Part shown: one piece after another, positions 12,701 to 25,899 of the stretch
How the letters are laid out: each line of letters starts with the position of its first letter
Position numbering within the stretch: the stretch's first letter is position 1
Assembly (NCBI GenBank): GCA_951406725.2
Contig: OX597818.1
Coordinates: 7,254,001 to 7,318,000 of the forward strand
DNA from: Octopus vulgaris
Lineage: Eukaryota
Length of the DNA stretch: 64,000 nucleotides
Reading direction: 5' to 3'
Notes under the pieces: model-generated
The model's database searches: none
What the model saw: only the letters and a program-made list of their open reading frames with translations
What the model was told of the DNA's origin: nothing
Made by a program: the position numbers and the translations under genes

Positions 12701-15211
12701 CTGTTTTTCGTTTGCGATCGTGTAACAGGCACGCGTTTCCTGGTTGACACAGGTGCGGAAGTCAGCATCATCCCAGTCTCCAACACTTCTGGAAAAAGAA
12801 AAGAGACATCAGTCTGTCTTCAGGCAGTCAACCATTCACCCATTCCAACCTACGGTGAACAGTCCCTAACATTAAACATAGGACTACGCCGCACATTTCA
12901 GTGGGTATTCGTCGTCGCTAAACTGCCGACCCCTATCTTAGGAGCCGATTTCCTGCATCATTTCGGTCTCCTGGTAGACATAAAGAACAGACGACTTGTC
13001 GACACCACCACCAAGCTTACTGTGCGCGGTATAGCCGCTCGAATGGACACAGTCAGCCCAACTGTAATGCTTACGACAACGACTCGTCACAGTTCCATCC
13101 TGAATGATTATCCAGATGTCGCCCGGCCAGTTTTTCATAACCAGCCGATAAAGCACGACGTTACCCACCACATCAAAACCAGCGGTCCACCTGTTGCTGC
13201 AAGGCCCAGAAGGTTACCACCTGATCGTCTCCAGGCCGTCAAGCGGGAATTCCAGCACATGCTCGACCTCGGAATCATCCGCGTTTCCAGCAGCAACTGG
13301 TCCTCGCCGATACACTGCGTCCCAAAAAAATCATCGACCGATTGGCGGGTTTGCGGCGATTATCGATCACTGAATAAAAGCACTATCAGTGATGCCTATC
13401 CGGTGCCTTTTCTTCAGGACTTTTCGAGCTCGCTGCATGGAGCTCGCATCTTTTCAAAAATCGACCTGGTGCGAGCATACAACCAAATCCCAGTCGAACC
13501 TGCAGACATCTCAAAGACAGCAGTGACTACACCTTTCGGAATGTTTGAATTCCTGCGTATGCCTTTCGGTTTACGAAACGCGGCACAGACATTCCAAAGG
13601 TTTATCGACATGGTGACTAGAGGTTTGCCTTTCGTCTATGCCTACATAGACGACATACTCGTGGCCAGTAACTCGGACGAAGAGCATAATCAACACCTTC
13701 ACCTGCTATTCGAACGTTTACGTAAATTCGGAATTGTTATCAACCCTACTAAATGTTTGTTCGGAGTTGCTTCCCTTCATTTTCTCGGCCATATAGTCGA
13801 TAAAAATGGAATTCGTCCCCTTCCCGAGAAAGTCAAGGCCATCGTGGATTTTCCACCACCCACATCTCTCCGCAAATTAAGGGAATATCTCGGTCTAGCG
13901 AATTTCTATCGACGGTTCGTGCCCCACCTCGCTGAAATAGCGCAACCGCTCACGGATTTGCTACGTCAGCGAACCTGCAAAAATGCAGATATAGCTCTGA
14001 CCGAAGATCAACTCGTTTCTTTCGCTGCCCTGAAAAAAGCGTTATCTAGCGCTACCATGTTGGTTTATCCAAAACCAGACGCCCCACGATGTTTACTCGT
14101 TGATGCATCCGATTCCGGAATCGGAGGTGTGCTACAGCAGCTTGTTGACGGTATATGGCAACCGTTGTCTTTCTTTTCTAAGCGGTTAAAACCCGCGGAA
14201 ACCAAATACAGCACATTCAGTCGGGAATTATTGGCGGCATACCTGGCCGTTAAGCATTTCCGTCACATGCTAGAAGGTACCAATTTTGCCATATATACCG
14301 ACCACAAGCCATTAGTATACGCATTTAACACCAAGCCGGATCGCCACTCGCCGAGAGAAATCCGCCACCTCGACTTCATATCGCAGTACACGACGGATAT
14401 ACGCCACATCAAAGGGACGACCAACGTGGCAGCCGATGCACTTTCACGTGCGCAGATCAATGCTATCCACACCACGTCTACAATTGATCTGGCACGTATA
14501 GCAGCTGACCAGGAGAATGACGAAGAACTTCTAAAGCTCCGGAATTCGTCATCTCTGAAATTTCAGCATGTTCCACTACCATCATCCACAGCCCATATTT
14601 GGTGTGATATTTCCACTGGTTACCAACGCCCTTATGTACCACAGAAATATCGTCGAGAAGTTTTCTCCGCTCTACATTCTCTGTCACATCCTGGTATTCG
14701 CTCCACTCAAAAGCTAATATCGACCCGTTTTGTGTGGACCAGTATCAACAAGGATATCAGAGAATGGACCAAGTGCTGTGTTGCGTGCCAAAAAGCGAAA
14801 ATCCACCGGCACATAAAATCACCAATCGGTTCATTTTCGCAGCCCGATGCACGATTTCAGCACGTTCACATTGATATCGTTGGACCCCTGCCACCTTCGC
14901 AGAACTATTCATATTTGCTAACTTGCGTAGATAGGTTCTCGCGATGGCCCGAAGCCTGGCCCCTATCTGATATATCAGCAGAAACGGTCGCTAAAACACT
15001 GATATCACAATGGGTTTCGCGTTTTGGCACACCCGCAACAATTACCACCGACAGAGGACGTCAGTTCGATTCCCACCTTTTCACCGAGCTGACTCGTCTC
15101 CTCGGGTGTAAACACACCCGCACTACAGCTTACCTATTTCTCCGTTCTATTTATAACATCTCAAATAGCCAGAAAAATAGATATACCGCAAGAGAGTTAT
15201 CATTAAAGTAG
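12638..15211 (+). CDS. pol: Pol (protease, RT, RNase H, N-terminal integrase), terminated prematurely inside the inserted LTR fragment
   Basis: [10 protein letters not shown] protease; YIDD RT; DASD...ELLA RNase H; HHCC finger; VHIDIVGP and ITTDRGRQF integrase aspartates; diverges after TRTTAY at 15133; stop at 15209-15211. Confidence 0.92.
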   Translation, partial: GKRHSQELNATEVPGSHPHSRLFFVCDRVTGTRFLVDTGAEVSIIPVSNTSGKRKETSVCLQAVNHSPIPTYGEQSLTLNIGLRRTFQWVFVVAKLPTPILGADFLHHFGLLVDIKNRRLVDTTTKLTVRGIAARMDTVSPTVMLTTTTRHSSILNDYPDVARPVFHNQPIKHDVTHHIKTSGPPVAARPRRLPPDRLQAVKREFQHMLDLGIIRVSSSNWSSPIHCVPKKSSTDWRVCGDYRSLNKSTISDAYPVPFLQDFSSSLHGARIFSKIDLVRAYNQIPVEPADISKTAVTTPFGMFEFLRMPFGLRNAAQTFQRFIDMVTRGLPFVYAYIDDILVASNSDEEHNQHLHLLFERLRKFGIVINPTKCLFGVASLHFLGHIVDKNGIRPLPEKVKAIVDFPPPTSLRKLREYLGLANFYRRFVPHLAEIAQPLTDLLRQRTCKNADIALTEDQLVSFAALKKALSSATMLVYPKPDAPRCLLVDASDSGIGGVLQQLVDGIWQPLSFFSKRLKPAETKYSTFSRELLAAYLAVKHFRHMLEGTNFAIYTDHKPLVYAFNTKPDRHSPREIRHLDFISQYTTDIRHIKGTTNVAADALSRAQINAIHTTSTIDLARIAADQENDEELLKLRNSSSLKFQHVPLPSSTAHIWCDISTGYQRPYVPQKYRREVFSALHSLSHPGIRSTQKLISTRFVWTSINKDIREWTKCCVACQKAKIHRHIKSPIGSFSQPDARFQHVHIDIVGPLPPSQNYSYLLTCVDRFSRWPEAWPLSDISAETVAKTLISQWVSRFGTPATITTDRGRQFDSHLFTELTRLLGCKHTRTTAYLFLRSIYNISNSQKNRYTARELSLK

Positions 15212-15314
15212 GTCGCTGGTCGTCCTGTTAAACTTCGCCTGACCTGCTCGGGTCAGAGGTCGAAGGGAGACGATCCATCATTTTTTGTCAGAACAAAGAG
15301 ATTCTGATTTCGCG
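15131..15314 (-). repeat. Inverted copy of the element's own LTR segment (11172-11355 = 16642-16825) inside integrase
   Basis: Reverse complement matches the LTR base for base, from CGCGAAATCAG to GAAATAGGTA. Confidence 0.96.
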
Positions 15315-15965
15315 GTGGAGCGCTTTCACCGCCAACTCAAGGCATCTATAAAAGCAGCTCCAGACAGTTCTCACTGGTTGGAACATCTCCCTCTCATCCT
15401 CCTTGGAATTCGATCCACGATTAAGGAAGAACTGGGATATACTCCGGCCGAACTCGTTTATGGCACAACACTCACCTTACCTGGGCAGATGATCGAACCT
15501 GTTTCACAAAACTTCCCTGACCCACAACAATATGTGCACCGATTACGAACATCCATGTCGCAAGTATCACCCTCAGGCCCCAGACAACAGAACGTCGTTT
15601 CACGTGTCCCAAAAGATATCAACACATGGACTCATGTCTTCGTGAGGAATGATGGGATACCCTCTCAACTTCGACCACCATATTCCGGGCCCTACAAGGT
15701 CATCAAAAGAGAACCCAAGTATTTCGTCCTCGATATTAGAGGTAAACGAAATACGGTCTCGATTGATCGTTTAAAAAAAGCTTTCATCGAGGAGGACTTA
15801 CATTCAGTCCCCTCTTTTCCTCAAACAGACTCGGCAACTCCAGCGAACACCACAGATTCTGCACAACCCCGACACACCAAATCAGGAAGAACAGTTCGAT
15901 GGCCAGCAAGGTTTGTGCAAGTTTTTCGGGTAAGTTCTGAACTCCTAACGTATCCATCTTCCTAA
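15315..15965 (+). pseudogene. Out-of-frame C-terminal integrase remainder (catalytic E, GPY/F motif)
   Basis: VERFHRQLK...LLGIRSTIKEELGYTPAELVYG...PPYSGPYKV...VSIDRLK; open, but in a different frame from pol. Confidence 0.9.
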
Positions 15966-16541
15966 TGAACACATAACTGCATCACCCACCCAGAGAAATC
16001 AAAGAACATTTGTGTACGTAAAGAAAAAAAAAAATGAAAACAAAAACTGTCTGTATGAACTTTTACGGAACATTTCAAAATCGAACTTTGCCGATGAACA
16101 TTTCTTTCATTTTTGCATGTACATATTTTTTGGTTTTCTCTTCAAAATGTTTGCTTTCTCATAAATATATTTTTTTGCTAACTGTATATCCACACACATT
16201 CACAAATCTTGTTCACATGCGTGCTATCACTCGATATTTTTTCGCCACTGAAAGACACCTTGCCTCTATTAGACCTCTAGTAGGTCGAGTAATCAATAGA
16301 CGCACATCTCTTTCAACGCGCCAACATAATTCTGCCTGGGCACATATACATATTGCCCACCATATAGCACACACAAATTGTAAACCTTTCATGCATATTT
16401 TTATCGTTCAATGTGTAAAAAAAAAAATTAAAAAAAATTTTTTTTCTACATGCACACAATCAAAAAAAAAAAAAAAAAAATAATAAAAATAATAATAATA
16501 ATACATTTCCAATATCGTTCGATCTCTGTGGCTTTCTCACT

Positions 16542-16551
16542 AGAAGGGGGG
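16542..16551 (+). promoter_or_regulatory. Polypurine tract
   Basis: AGAAGGGGGG just upstream of the 3' LTR. Confidence 0.88.
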
Positions 16552-16554
16552 TAG

Positions 16555-17138
16555 TGTAAGAATTAGCACTTCCTTCTCAAAGCTTGGATTCGAAATCAGA
16601 CCCAAGAATCATTGGTCGTAAAATACCAATGCACAAAAAGGCGCGAAATCAGAATCTCTTTGTTCTGACAAAAAATGATGGATCGTCTCCCTTCGACCTC
16701 TGACCCGAGCAGGTCAGGCGAAGTTTAACAGGACGACCAGCGACCTACTTTAATGATAACTCTCTTGCGGTATATCTATTTTTCTGGCTATTTGAGATGT
16801 TATAAATAGAACGGAGAAATAGGTATCTAGAGAGAACCCGAATCAACGTTTAAGAGAACGCCACGCATTTATGAGAACGACGAAAGAATATTCAGAAAGG
16901 TGACTCTGTCATGCATGATTTACACACACGCACACACACACACCATCAAACATATTCTGCTTTAATGTGTATCCTGTATTATGCATTCCTTTAATATGTA
17001 TTATTTGCAACCACTATTTAATATGCATTTTGTACAAGCGATGTGTAACATTGCTTACAAATTGATGTAGTGATAATAAATCTTTAATTTATTACAAAGC
17101 ACTTATGTATTTATTAATACATCCACGCATCCACTACA
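16555..17138 (+). repeat. 3' LTR
   Basis: Direct repeat of 11085-11668 at an offset of 5470. Confidence 0.97.
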
Positions 17139-18901
17139 TGTTGTTATTTTCTTTTTTATTGGTGTCTACAAAACAACAATTTTCTTTATATATGACATCA
17201 TATCGGGAAAGATGCGTAGTAAAGGGGCGGCTGATATGGAGAAGATGGAGGTAGTGACTCTCGGAGGATATTTCTGATGGTGGTCGTCGTGGTGATGATC
17301 ATGGTGGAAGGGATGATGTTGTTGCTGTTGTTATTGTTGTTTTTGGTTGTTTTGTTAGCATTGGTTTCGCTGTGTTAATGTTGCTTGAGGTGGAAATGGT
17401 AGTTGTAGTGGTGGTCATGTGGTAGGGTTGTAAGAGTTGGTAAATGAGTGTGAATATTGTTGGTGCTGTTGGTGCTTGTGGGGGTGCAGCTCGTAAGAGG
17501 TGGTGCCGTTGTTTGTGGTGGTGATAGTGGTGTTTGTATTCCTGAGGGACAGCCGAGTTATTAATGCTCAAGCGCGTGCTTTGAGTGACCTTTTATTATA
17601 ACTATTACTGATAACTCCGTTGTTGCTGATACTGTTACAAAAACAAAACAAAAAAGAAAAACGGAACAGCACCTATCATCAGTCGTACACACAGTCGCGC
17701 CATTACCACCGCCACCACCACCGCCACCACAATCACCACCACCACCTCCGCTGCCGCCACCACCATCACCACCACCACCACCACCACCACCACCACCACC
17801 ACCTCCGCCGCCGCCGCCGCCACCACCACCATTACTACAACTACTACAAATTTTCTTCGTTGCGACGACCACCGCTGATGATATTGCCATTTTCCAGCTT
17901 CTTTTAGTGCGTTGATTTAGATAAATATAAATGACACATAAAACAAATCTTAAACAAGCCGTGTGCCATTGTCCTTCCCGTCCCTGGTGGAGAACAGTAA
18001 AACCTTTCTGCCCGAATATATTAGAGCGATTACTTTGTCAATGCCAGCGAAATGACAGAAGGATGAAAGTTGCGGAAACTTTATCCCAAAGACCACACAC
18101 AAATTCCTGTTGTCCACCAAACCCTATGATTGAACAATAAACTAACATTTTCAGACAGTTCGAGAACATTTTTTAAAGGGTGTCAGAAATGTGGTGATGG
18201 CAAAAATCTGACAATAAGCTTCTGTTTCTTTTTGTCTCCTCTTCTTGCGTCTTTCACTTTTACCCTCTTTTTATCTATTTCTAGTTTTTACGCTAATATT
18301 GCTTTACATCAAGGGCCACTTATTTTTTCTGCTTTCTATTTTTTGTTCCTCATTCGCAAATTCTCTCATCTTTTCACTACATTTTATTGCCTTTTATTTA
18401 GGAACACTTGATCTGCTGTATTAATTCCCAAGAAGGTGTTTCATATATCATTGCTCTGTAGATTTTTTTTACTTTGTTTATTATATGTATTTACAATTCC
18501 ATGATATATTAGCAGGAGCACTAACAACAATACAAGAGAGAAAATATAACGATAGCTAAACAATAAAAGTAGAATAGAACAACACTAACTAAAAACGAGT
18601 ATCAAGAACTGAATTATGCTTAACACTGGTACACATAATGCAAATTGCATTGGGAAGAATTTAGAAAAGCGAAGTTTTGGGCTGCAAAATTGATTTATCA
18701 ATCGGTTTTCAGTATATCTTATATTTTCATTATATATGTGTATGTGTGTATATGTATGTATATATATGTGTATGTGCATTTGTGTGTGTTTGTGTTATAT
18801 TTATATATGTATATATATATATATATATTAAGTATCTAATATATATAATATATATGTGTGTTATATTTATAAATCTTTATACATAAATAAATATATATAT
18901 T

Positions 18902-18936
<35 letters not shown>

Positions 18937-19613
18937 GGGTTGACATGTCTACCAATGGTTTCATGTGAAAGGTCATCACAACTGTTCAAGCAGACCACAT
19001 ACATGTACTGGCACTTGTCTCCATGTGGGATGGAGGTAGACGAGCTTACATGAAGCTGAATTGGATTTCGAAATAAATAAACAACTCAAGGGAGATAAGC
19101 TATGAGAATGTACTGATTGTTATCTTTTTTGCATTCGCCGCGGTGTTTTGCAAGAAATTGGTTTTACCATAGATTAATTAATTCCTTAAGTATCTCATAC
19201 GAGTACGTTCGTTTATATTTTACTTGCTTTAGTCATTAGACTGCAGCGATGCTGGGTCATCGCCTTGAAGAATTTCTAATTGAAGGAATCGACCAATAAA
19301 TGTTTTTAAAGTCTGGTACTTATTCCATCGGTCTCTTGTGCCGAAACGCTGTGTTTCGTGGACGCTATCTCTTTCCGTTATAGACTTCATGATGACATTA
19401 AATACCTCATCTGCTTTCCTTTTCATTCAGTAAAAATTATCATCAAAAAGCAATGAGTTCCTTGAGTTTATTATAATGGCCATGTCGATGTTAGTGACAG
19501 TTGCATATATTTTACTAAACTAGAGTGCCCTCCTGTAGTCTGTGCTTTGATTTTGAAATCCCGTTCAGTCTCGGGCGATATCGTATTTTCCCATCCAAGA
19601 TGGAGATAAGTAC

Positions 19614-20645
19614 TGTAGCGGTATCTGATATCCTCACTGTTTGGGAGACACAACAGGAATGATCTCGTTTGAGATTACAGCCATCTTTGGCCGGGTTGTT
19701 CCTGTTGTGTCCACAGATCTGATTGGTTGGCATGTGGCGCGGTTTGTCGCTACTTATTTCACGCCACTGCAAAGCCAACCAATCACGGCCTTTGGTTAAG
19801 GTCTCGTGACACTGTTTTTCCTAGGCTCTGTTTGATCCATTTCTCCTTTATATAAAGGGTTTGCTTTCAGTATACAGGGTCTTTGACTCTAGACCTTTTA
19901 AGGTCCAGTCTAGTCACTGACGAGCTTCGTACTCAGCCATGTTCCAGTTTCCAGCGACAGACGACCAGTCAGCCAGCCACTACGACGCTATTATACACCA
20001 GCGACAGACAGAACGTCTTCTATCTCCGCCGCCGTCATAACCATCACCGTACCAACTTTACCTCGTCTCTACCATCATCAACTTCAGATATGTACACACC
20101 AACTACACAGACTCACGCTGTTAGAGTGAACCTTTCACCAAGTAAAACAATCCATCTGAAGAATTCTATATTAAGAGACCCAGCTCAGCTTTGAGGCTAC
20201 AACCGCGGCACAGCATTTCGCCCAACATGCCTCCGCCTCGAGACACAACTTCTTGTATAGAACTCTTGCATATCGGGTACTTCATGCATGAACTGGTAAT
20301 CTAAATTCCATCTTAACACTAGGCTGAGACTTTTGTCTTATACTCTACTTCTGTGTTATACACGTTCACCTTTGCCTCTGTCACACACAGACACAAACAC
20401 TTGTTGCATGCACACATACACAACACTTGCTAGCACTCACAACACTCTAACTTTAACACCTTGTTAATAAAATCTTCTCTTCTCTCAAACAGTGAAACGG
20501 CTTGTTGTCATTAATTTATATTCTGTTGGCACTGTATTATATAAGTAATATTATAGCTTATCCTATTTTGTTAGGGATGCGACCGTGCGGCGTACAAAGG
20601 GAGACCTATGTCCCCAACCTCCTCACATACGGTCGTATTCCTACA
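19614..20645 (+). mobile_element. Solo LTR (about 1.03 kb) of an unrelated family
   Basis: TGTAG...CTACA termini; GTAC TSD (19610-19613, 20646-20649); CCAAT boxes; TATATAAAG near 19850; AATAAA near 20466. Confidence 0.75.
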
Positions 20646-20789
20646 GTACCAACATTTCCATGTGGTGAGCTTGAACGATTGGGAAAATCTCTCTACATGA
20701 AAACATTGCTAACCTTGTTAACCAAAAACTAAAGAATATTTATCCTCCAATGCAGTGTTGAGCGTTCTTTCCCACTTTTAGGTATTAGC

Positions 20790-20839
<50 letters not shown>

Positions 20840-20843
<4 letters not shown>

Positions 20844-20970
20844 CTTTCTGTAGAAGAGCGTAGGCTCGAAACGTAAAATACTTTTTCTATTCCTGAGCGT
20901 TATACTAATACATCTGTTTGTTTTGTACACCACCTGTCTTCGTCTTTTGTTTTTTTCGTAAACTCTCCCT
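20840..20970 (+). mobile_element. Short Penelope-type repeat with degenerate hammerhead-like motif, inserted in (TA)n
   Basis: CTGTAGA-A-GAGC-gtag-GCTC-GAAAC-GTA; homologous copy at 36991-37120 (-). Confidence 0.5.
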
Positions 20971-23900
20971 ATATATATATAGTGTCATGTTTTGCTTTAA
21001 AGTTTATTATTTTGACACAGATATATAGTTTATTTACCGATCTATTTATTTTTATGATTCTCGATTAGTTTTTATCATCAAACCTCAGGATTTCCATCTG
21101 AACCATATGGGTATACAATTGCGAGAGATCTGGATATAAATAAATGAAATTGAATGAATTTATTAACTAATTTAACTTTGTCAATTCCAGTATGTTGTAA
21201 AGCAGAGACAACTCTTTTAATAGATTTTCAGACACAAATTTAGGTAAACAAAAATAAGTCACCACCATATAATACACATGCCACTAGCAAAACAAAAACG
21301 TGTCTGAAGATGAGCTCATAAGCCACACTAGCGCAGATATGTTTTTGTAAACGGTTGAGTATATCTGAGTATTTTCATCGTTCTACTACGCTGCTCGTTT
21401 CTTAATTAAATTGTGATCCTCATTGTTTCTGAAGCTTATATAAACGATATGCAAATAGGTGGCGTGGAACAGGCAATATCACCCTTAAAACTGGTTCGAT
21501 ATTTTGGCGCAAGGCCAGCAACATCAAAGGAGGGGTGAGTCAATTACATTGTCTTCAATTTTCAACTGGTACTTATTTTATCGATCACAAAATAATGAAG
21601 GGCGAAGTAGACCTCGAGGGAATTTGAAATCAAAACGTAAAGGCCAACAAATTTTGCCTGTCGGGCTAAAAAGTTCCCCTTATTATTGGTTTCAAATTTT
21701 GGCAGAAAGCCAGCAATTTTCGGGGAGGAGTAAGTTGACTACCTTCATTCCGTTTCTCCGATCCTGACATGTTAACGATTCTGAAAGTTCACTTCCTTAG
21801 TCTCCCTTAATATTGTAAACTCTCTCATTTCGTTAGGCTGATAATAAGGAAATCTGATGTACACCATAATACTCGAGACCTCAATGTTTCGTATACTCAC
21901 TACAATTTGCGACAAAGTAAAATGTTTCACTTGATTAAATGAGGAAAATATACTTGTACATTACTATAGATATTCCAATATCTACACCAAAGTATAGGTG
22001 TTTCATATTATTTCGTTACTATCCAGATATATAAAATATTTATTTGCACATTGTGACTGAAACTTAGTAGATATCATTTTGGAAATGAACGCTTTTCAGG
22101 GTGATTTGCAATAAAGTTGTATATGTTTAACCTCAGTATAGAATCTATATTTAAATCATGTTTAATGTAAAATCTTAAACATATAATACATATTTACGTT
22201 AAGAAGATTTTTTAAAAATATATGTAAAATCTTTGCTAATTTGATATATGCACCGTCCGTGATTCTCCTTCATAAGTGATGTATTAGCTGATTTATGGGA
22301 ATCCAACTACACACACACAGACACAGACACATACACACACATACATACATACATACATACATACATACATACATACATACATACATACATACATACATAC
22401 ATACATACATACATACACACACATACATATATATATATATATCCACACACACATTTAAATATACACATGTTCATAAATATTTTTGTTTTTACGCTAACGG
22501 GGTGCCCTGAGGTTCTTCTCATTTCCTTAGGGACGGATGAAATTAATGGTGCTGAAGTACTGCTTAAATTGTTGCGTGTCAATGACTGCAAATAAACATG
22601 TGCAAGGGTGGGACATTTGAGGATTGTATAAAATAATTCAGTATTCATACGCGTACATACATGCGTGGATTTGCATGAAAGCAGATGTACATAAATGTAT
22701 GTTTTAGAATATTTTACTGGCGCTTTATCTTTATTGCAAAAAGATTTGAGTCACTTGGGGCAGGTAAGAGTGGCCAAGTAAGACCGCATGTTTAGCATGC
22801 CGTTCCGACTTACGAGTAAAGGCCAATATGAGGCATAAATGTTCAATACTCAAAATTATTTGCTCATTAGAAAAGTTTTATAGTTCACTAAGCTGGAAAT
22901 TGTTGTAATTTAAATTGGAGATGAAATTATACCTAACAGAAAATGTAATTCACATTCACGATCTGCAATCTCCATGAAAATGATTTTAATAATATAAGAT
23001 GTATTCAGTGAAGAAGATAATTAATTAATTTCATGTAATAGGTTAACTGAATGAAGCTTTTGTTTTTGTCGAAGAGGAACGGCAATCTAGACATGTCCAA
23101 CTTTTTATTTATTGAAGCATAGTGTCATAGGACTATATCACTCAAGTTATCATTCACTTCTTTTTAGATGATAAGATAATATTTTTAGAGAGATACGTCT
23201 GGTATTTCTAGCATGTCGATCGACAAGCGAGAGATTTCTTCTTTGGCTGGGACTGTATAGGGTTACAGTAAAAGAAAAATAAAACGTTGTGAACTTTAAG
23301 CATTTATTATATGATTTATTAATTCAGTTGACATAACTGGCATTAGGATTAAAATGTGAACAGGGCAAGTTATACTGAAGTATTCCGATCATAGAATACA
23401 TTAGCAACGACAAACTATTCATCAACTGTCAGTGAACATTTTTAGTTTCTCATCAAAAACATTACACTTCAACTCAGTGTCATTGGATGTTATATGATAT
23501 GTTGTTGTTATTCTTCTTTAGATCTATGTCAGTCATTCCAACTATGACCATTCCTCATTTTCATTTTTCTATAATTGCGTGTTCCTTTCTTTAAGACGAT
23601 GGATTGGGAATTACGAGAGATTTAGTTACTATTCATTCCGCGTAAGTTGAATTACTCTGTATAGGTTTCTTCCGGTTTCAGCGTTATGTGGTGCGAATAA
23701 CGTGAAAAGCTGAAGTTGAGAACTTATTTCACATATAAAGCGGATCCGAAATCGATTGCTAATGTTACCAGTCAATTTGTACTGAAAAACAAAACGATAC
23801 GAACGAAGATGGTTAAAATTTCAATTCCAAAGAAATATGTTCTGAAATTTAAACATAATTTGGTAGAGTGTGAAAGTAAAGTATTTTTAACTAAAGAAAT

Positions 23901-24303
23901 AAAACAAAATACGTTGTTAACGTTCCGTGCTTCAGGAAATTAATTATTTATGGAGATATTAATTTAATATACTACATAGGATTCATTACGGTCTTAGTGG
24001 TAATATCGGTAGAACGCCGAAAAATTCCTTGCTATATTTCATCTCGTAATGTTCTAGATTCAATTACTCATCTTCCAGAACACAACTATGCTCTTTAAAG
24101 TGTTTTATCACCGTAGAAACATCATGTTTTACTAAAAAATAACTTTCGTTGCTACATCAGTATTACTATTGGAATATTGCTAGTGCGAAACAACATGATC
24201 ATGCCATCTCATACCACTGCATCAAACAACATGATCATGCCATCTCATATCACTGCATTAAACTTTGAATCTTATATGAGGTACTTTTGTTAATTTCATT
24301 GTA

Positions 24304-24505
24304 GGCGGTGAGGTGGTAGAATCATTACCGCACCGAAAAAGATGCTTAGTGGCGGTATTTCTTCCGATTATACTTTGTGAGCTCAAACGCCGCCGAGGTC
24401 GACTTTCGTCCTTCAATAAAACAAATGAAAGTTGAACACTAGGGTCAATGTAACCAATTTACTCTTTCATGAAATTGCTAGTCTTGTGCCAATATTTGAA
24501 ACCAA
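24304..24505 (+). mobile_element. SINE family A copy
   Basis: GGCGGTGAGGTGGTAGAATCATTACC...GCCGAGGTCGACTTT. Confidence 0.7.
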
Positions 24506-25899
24506 TATTTTTATTTGTAAGAATGGTGATACGGGGAAAGGTTAGAATGACACAATAGTTGTCCTCATTCTTTGTGTTGATATCAAAATGCGAGGCAAAC
24601 GAATCTGAGAGCCACCAATTTATAATTCGTTAAAACTAGTATCAGTATTATCACTAACAGTAATTCAGCTGCAAACACTACTTTCCTGTAAACATATACT
24701 GTAGAAAATCAGACTATTGGAATCGCAGTGCAACAGGATTTCAAACAAGATCGATACGCTTGTCACACTTTCAATTATCAGTTAGCTCCAAATACTTCAA
24801 TTTGTATGCTTTGTCAATTGAAATATTTTTAAATATATAAATCTAATGTTGCTAAGATTCACTATTCGTGATTGCTCAACATTACCGTTAAACAAATCTT
24901 TTATTTCAAAATTTAGAAAAAATACAGTTCAAATAAATGGTTTATACACACACATCATAGAGATCTAATATATACATATATACATACACACACATGTGAA
25001 CCTAATCTTCGAAATAGTGATTACCAAATAATTGAAATTATAGCAAATCTTGGTTCAGGTATAGATAATTCACATCCTACCTAGCATGATACATCCTTGC
25101 TATCCAGGAAAAGGAATCAGAATTTTATTCAGTAAGTGAAAAGAGGACACACATCAACATTGCTGAAGAAATAATCCATAGTGTCTTATGTAAAAAGGAA
25201 GATATAACGCACATCATCATCAGCTGCACATAAATGCCTACAAGTAATTGCCTTCCTATGAGATATATGTCACGGTTAGAAAGCAAGAAATGAAAGGAAA
25301 AGATCTATTTAAATTAGTATTAGAACTGCTCCAAAACATACGCCAGTTAATACCTAATGTTATATGGAGGTATAGCATGAAATTCTTTCCAAAAACAATT
25401 GCAAATCTTTCTGCGGGCGACTATCCCGAAGACACACCGGGATCTGAATATGTCCACAGCCATGAAAAAATAAGAATACTGATGAAATAACACTCCTAAA
25501 ATGCAGCAACGAGGTGCAAATACAACACAGCTGATTATCTCTTGTGCAGCAGAGAGCGAAAATCATGCACTGTTTTAGAATGTTAAAACAAATGACTCGA
25601 CTAAAGTTGTGGTAAAAGCGATTTGGGAATAAATATTTCGGAACCTAAAGTCCGGCTATATATTCCAAGCACTGGTTTACAAGGAGTGGGGGGAGGGGAG
25701 AAAGCAAAATTCAGAATGTCGAAACTTTGCATCAAAGTAAAACCGAAACTAACTTGAAACTTCCAAACGATTACAAGAAAAATGAAGATTTGTAGAGCAT
25801 TCCAAAGATTCTACATCTGAATTTCCTAAAATGAATGTATGCTAGAAATCACTTGTGCTTATATATACACACATAAAATAACAAGCTGAAACACAACTG

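Larger units (their letters stand above)
11085..17138 (+). mobile_element. Full-length Ty3/gypsy LTR retrotransposon (CsRn1/Kabuki-like lineage) with disrupted integrase
   Basis: Two 584-bp TG...CA LTRs; 4-bp TSD TGTT (11081-11084, 17139-17142); tRNA-Trp PBS; PPT; gag followed by PR-RT-RH-IN; CHCC-type Gag motif. Confidence 0.97.

Noticed and set aside
16034-16483. 149-aa ORF between pol and the 3' LTR as a possible env or ORF3
   Set aside because: AT-rich, bounded by poly(A) runs, no recognisable envelope motifs; most likely 3' UTR
24188-24259. 36-bp direct repeat in two copies, CRISPR-like in length
   Set aside because: Adjacent tandem duplication with no spacers, in a eukaryotic context
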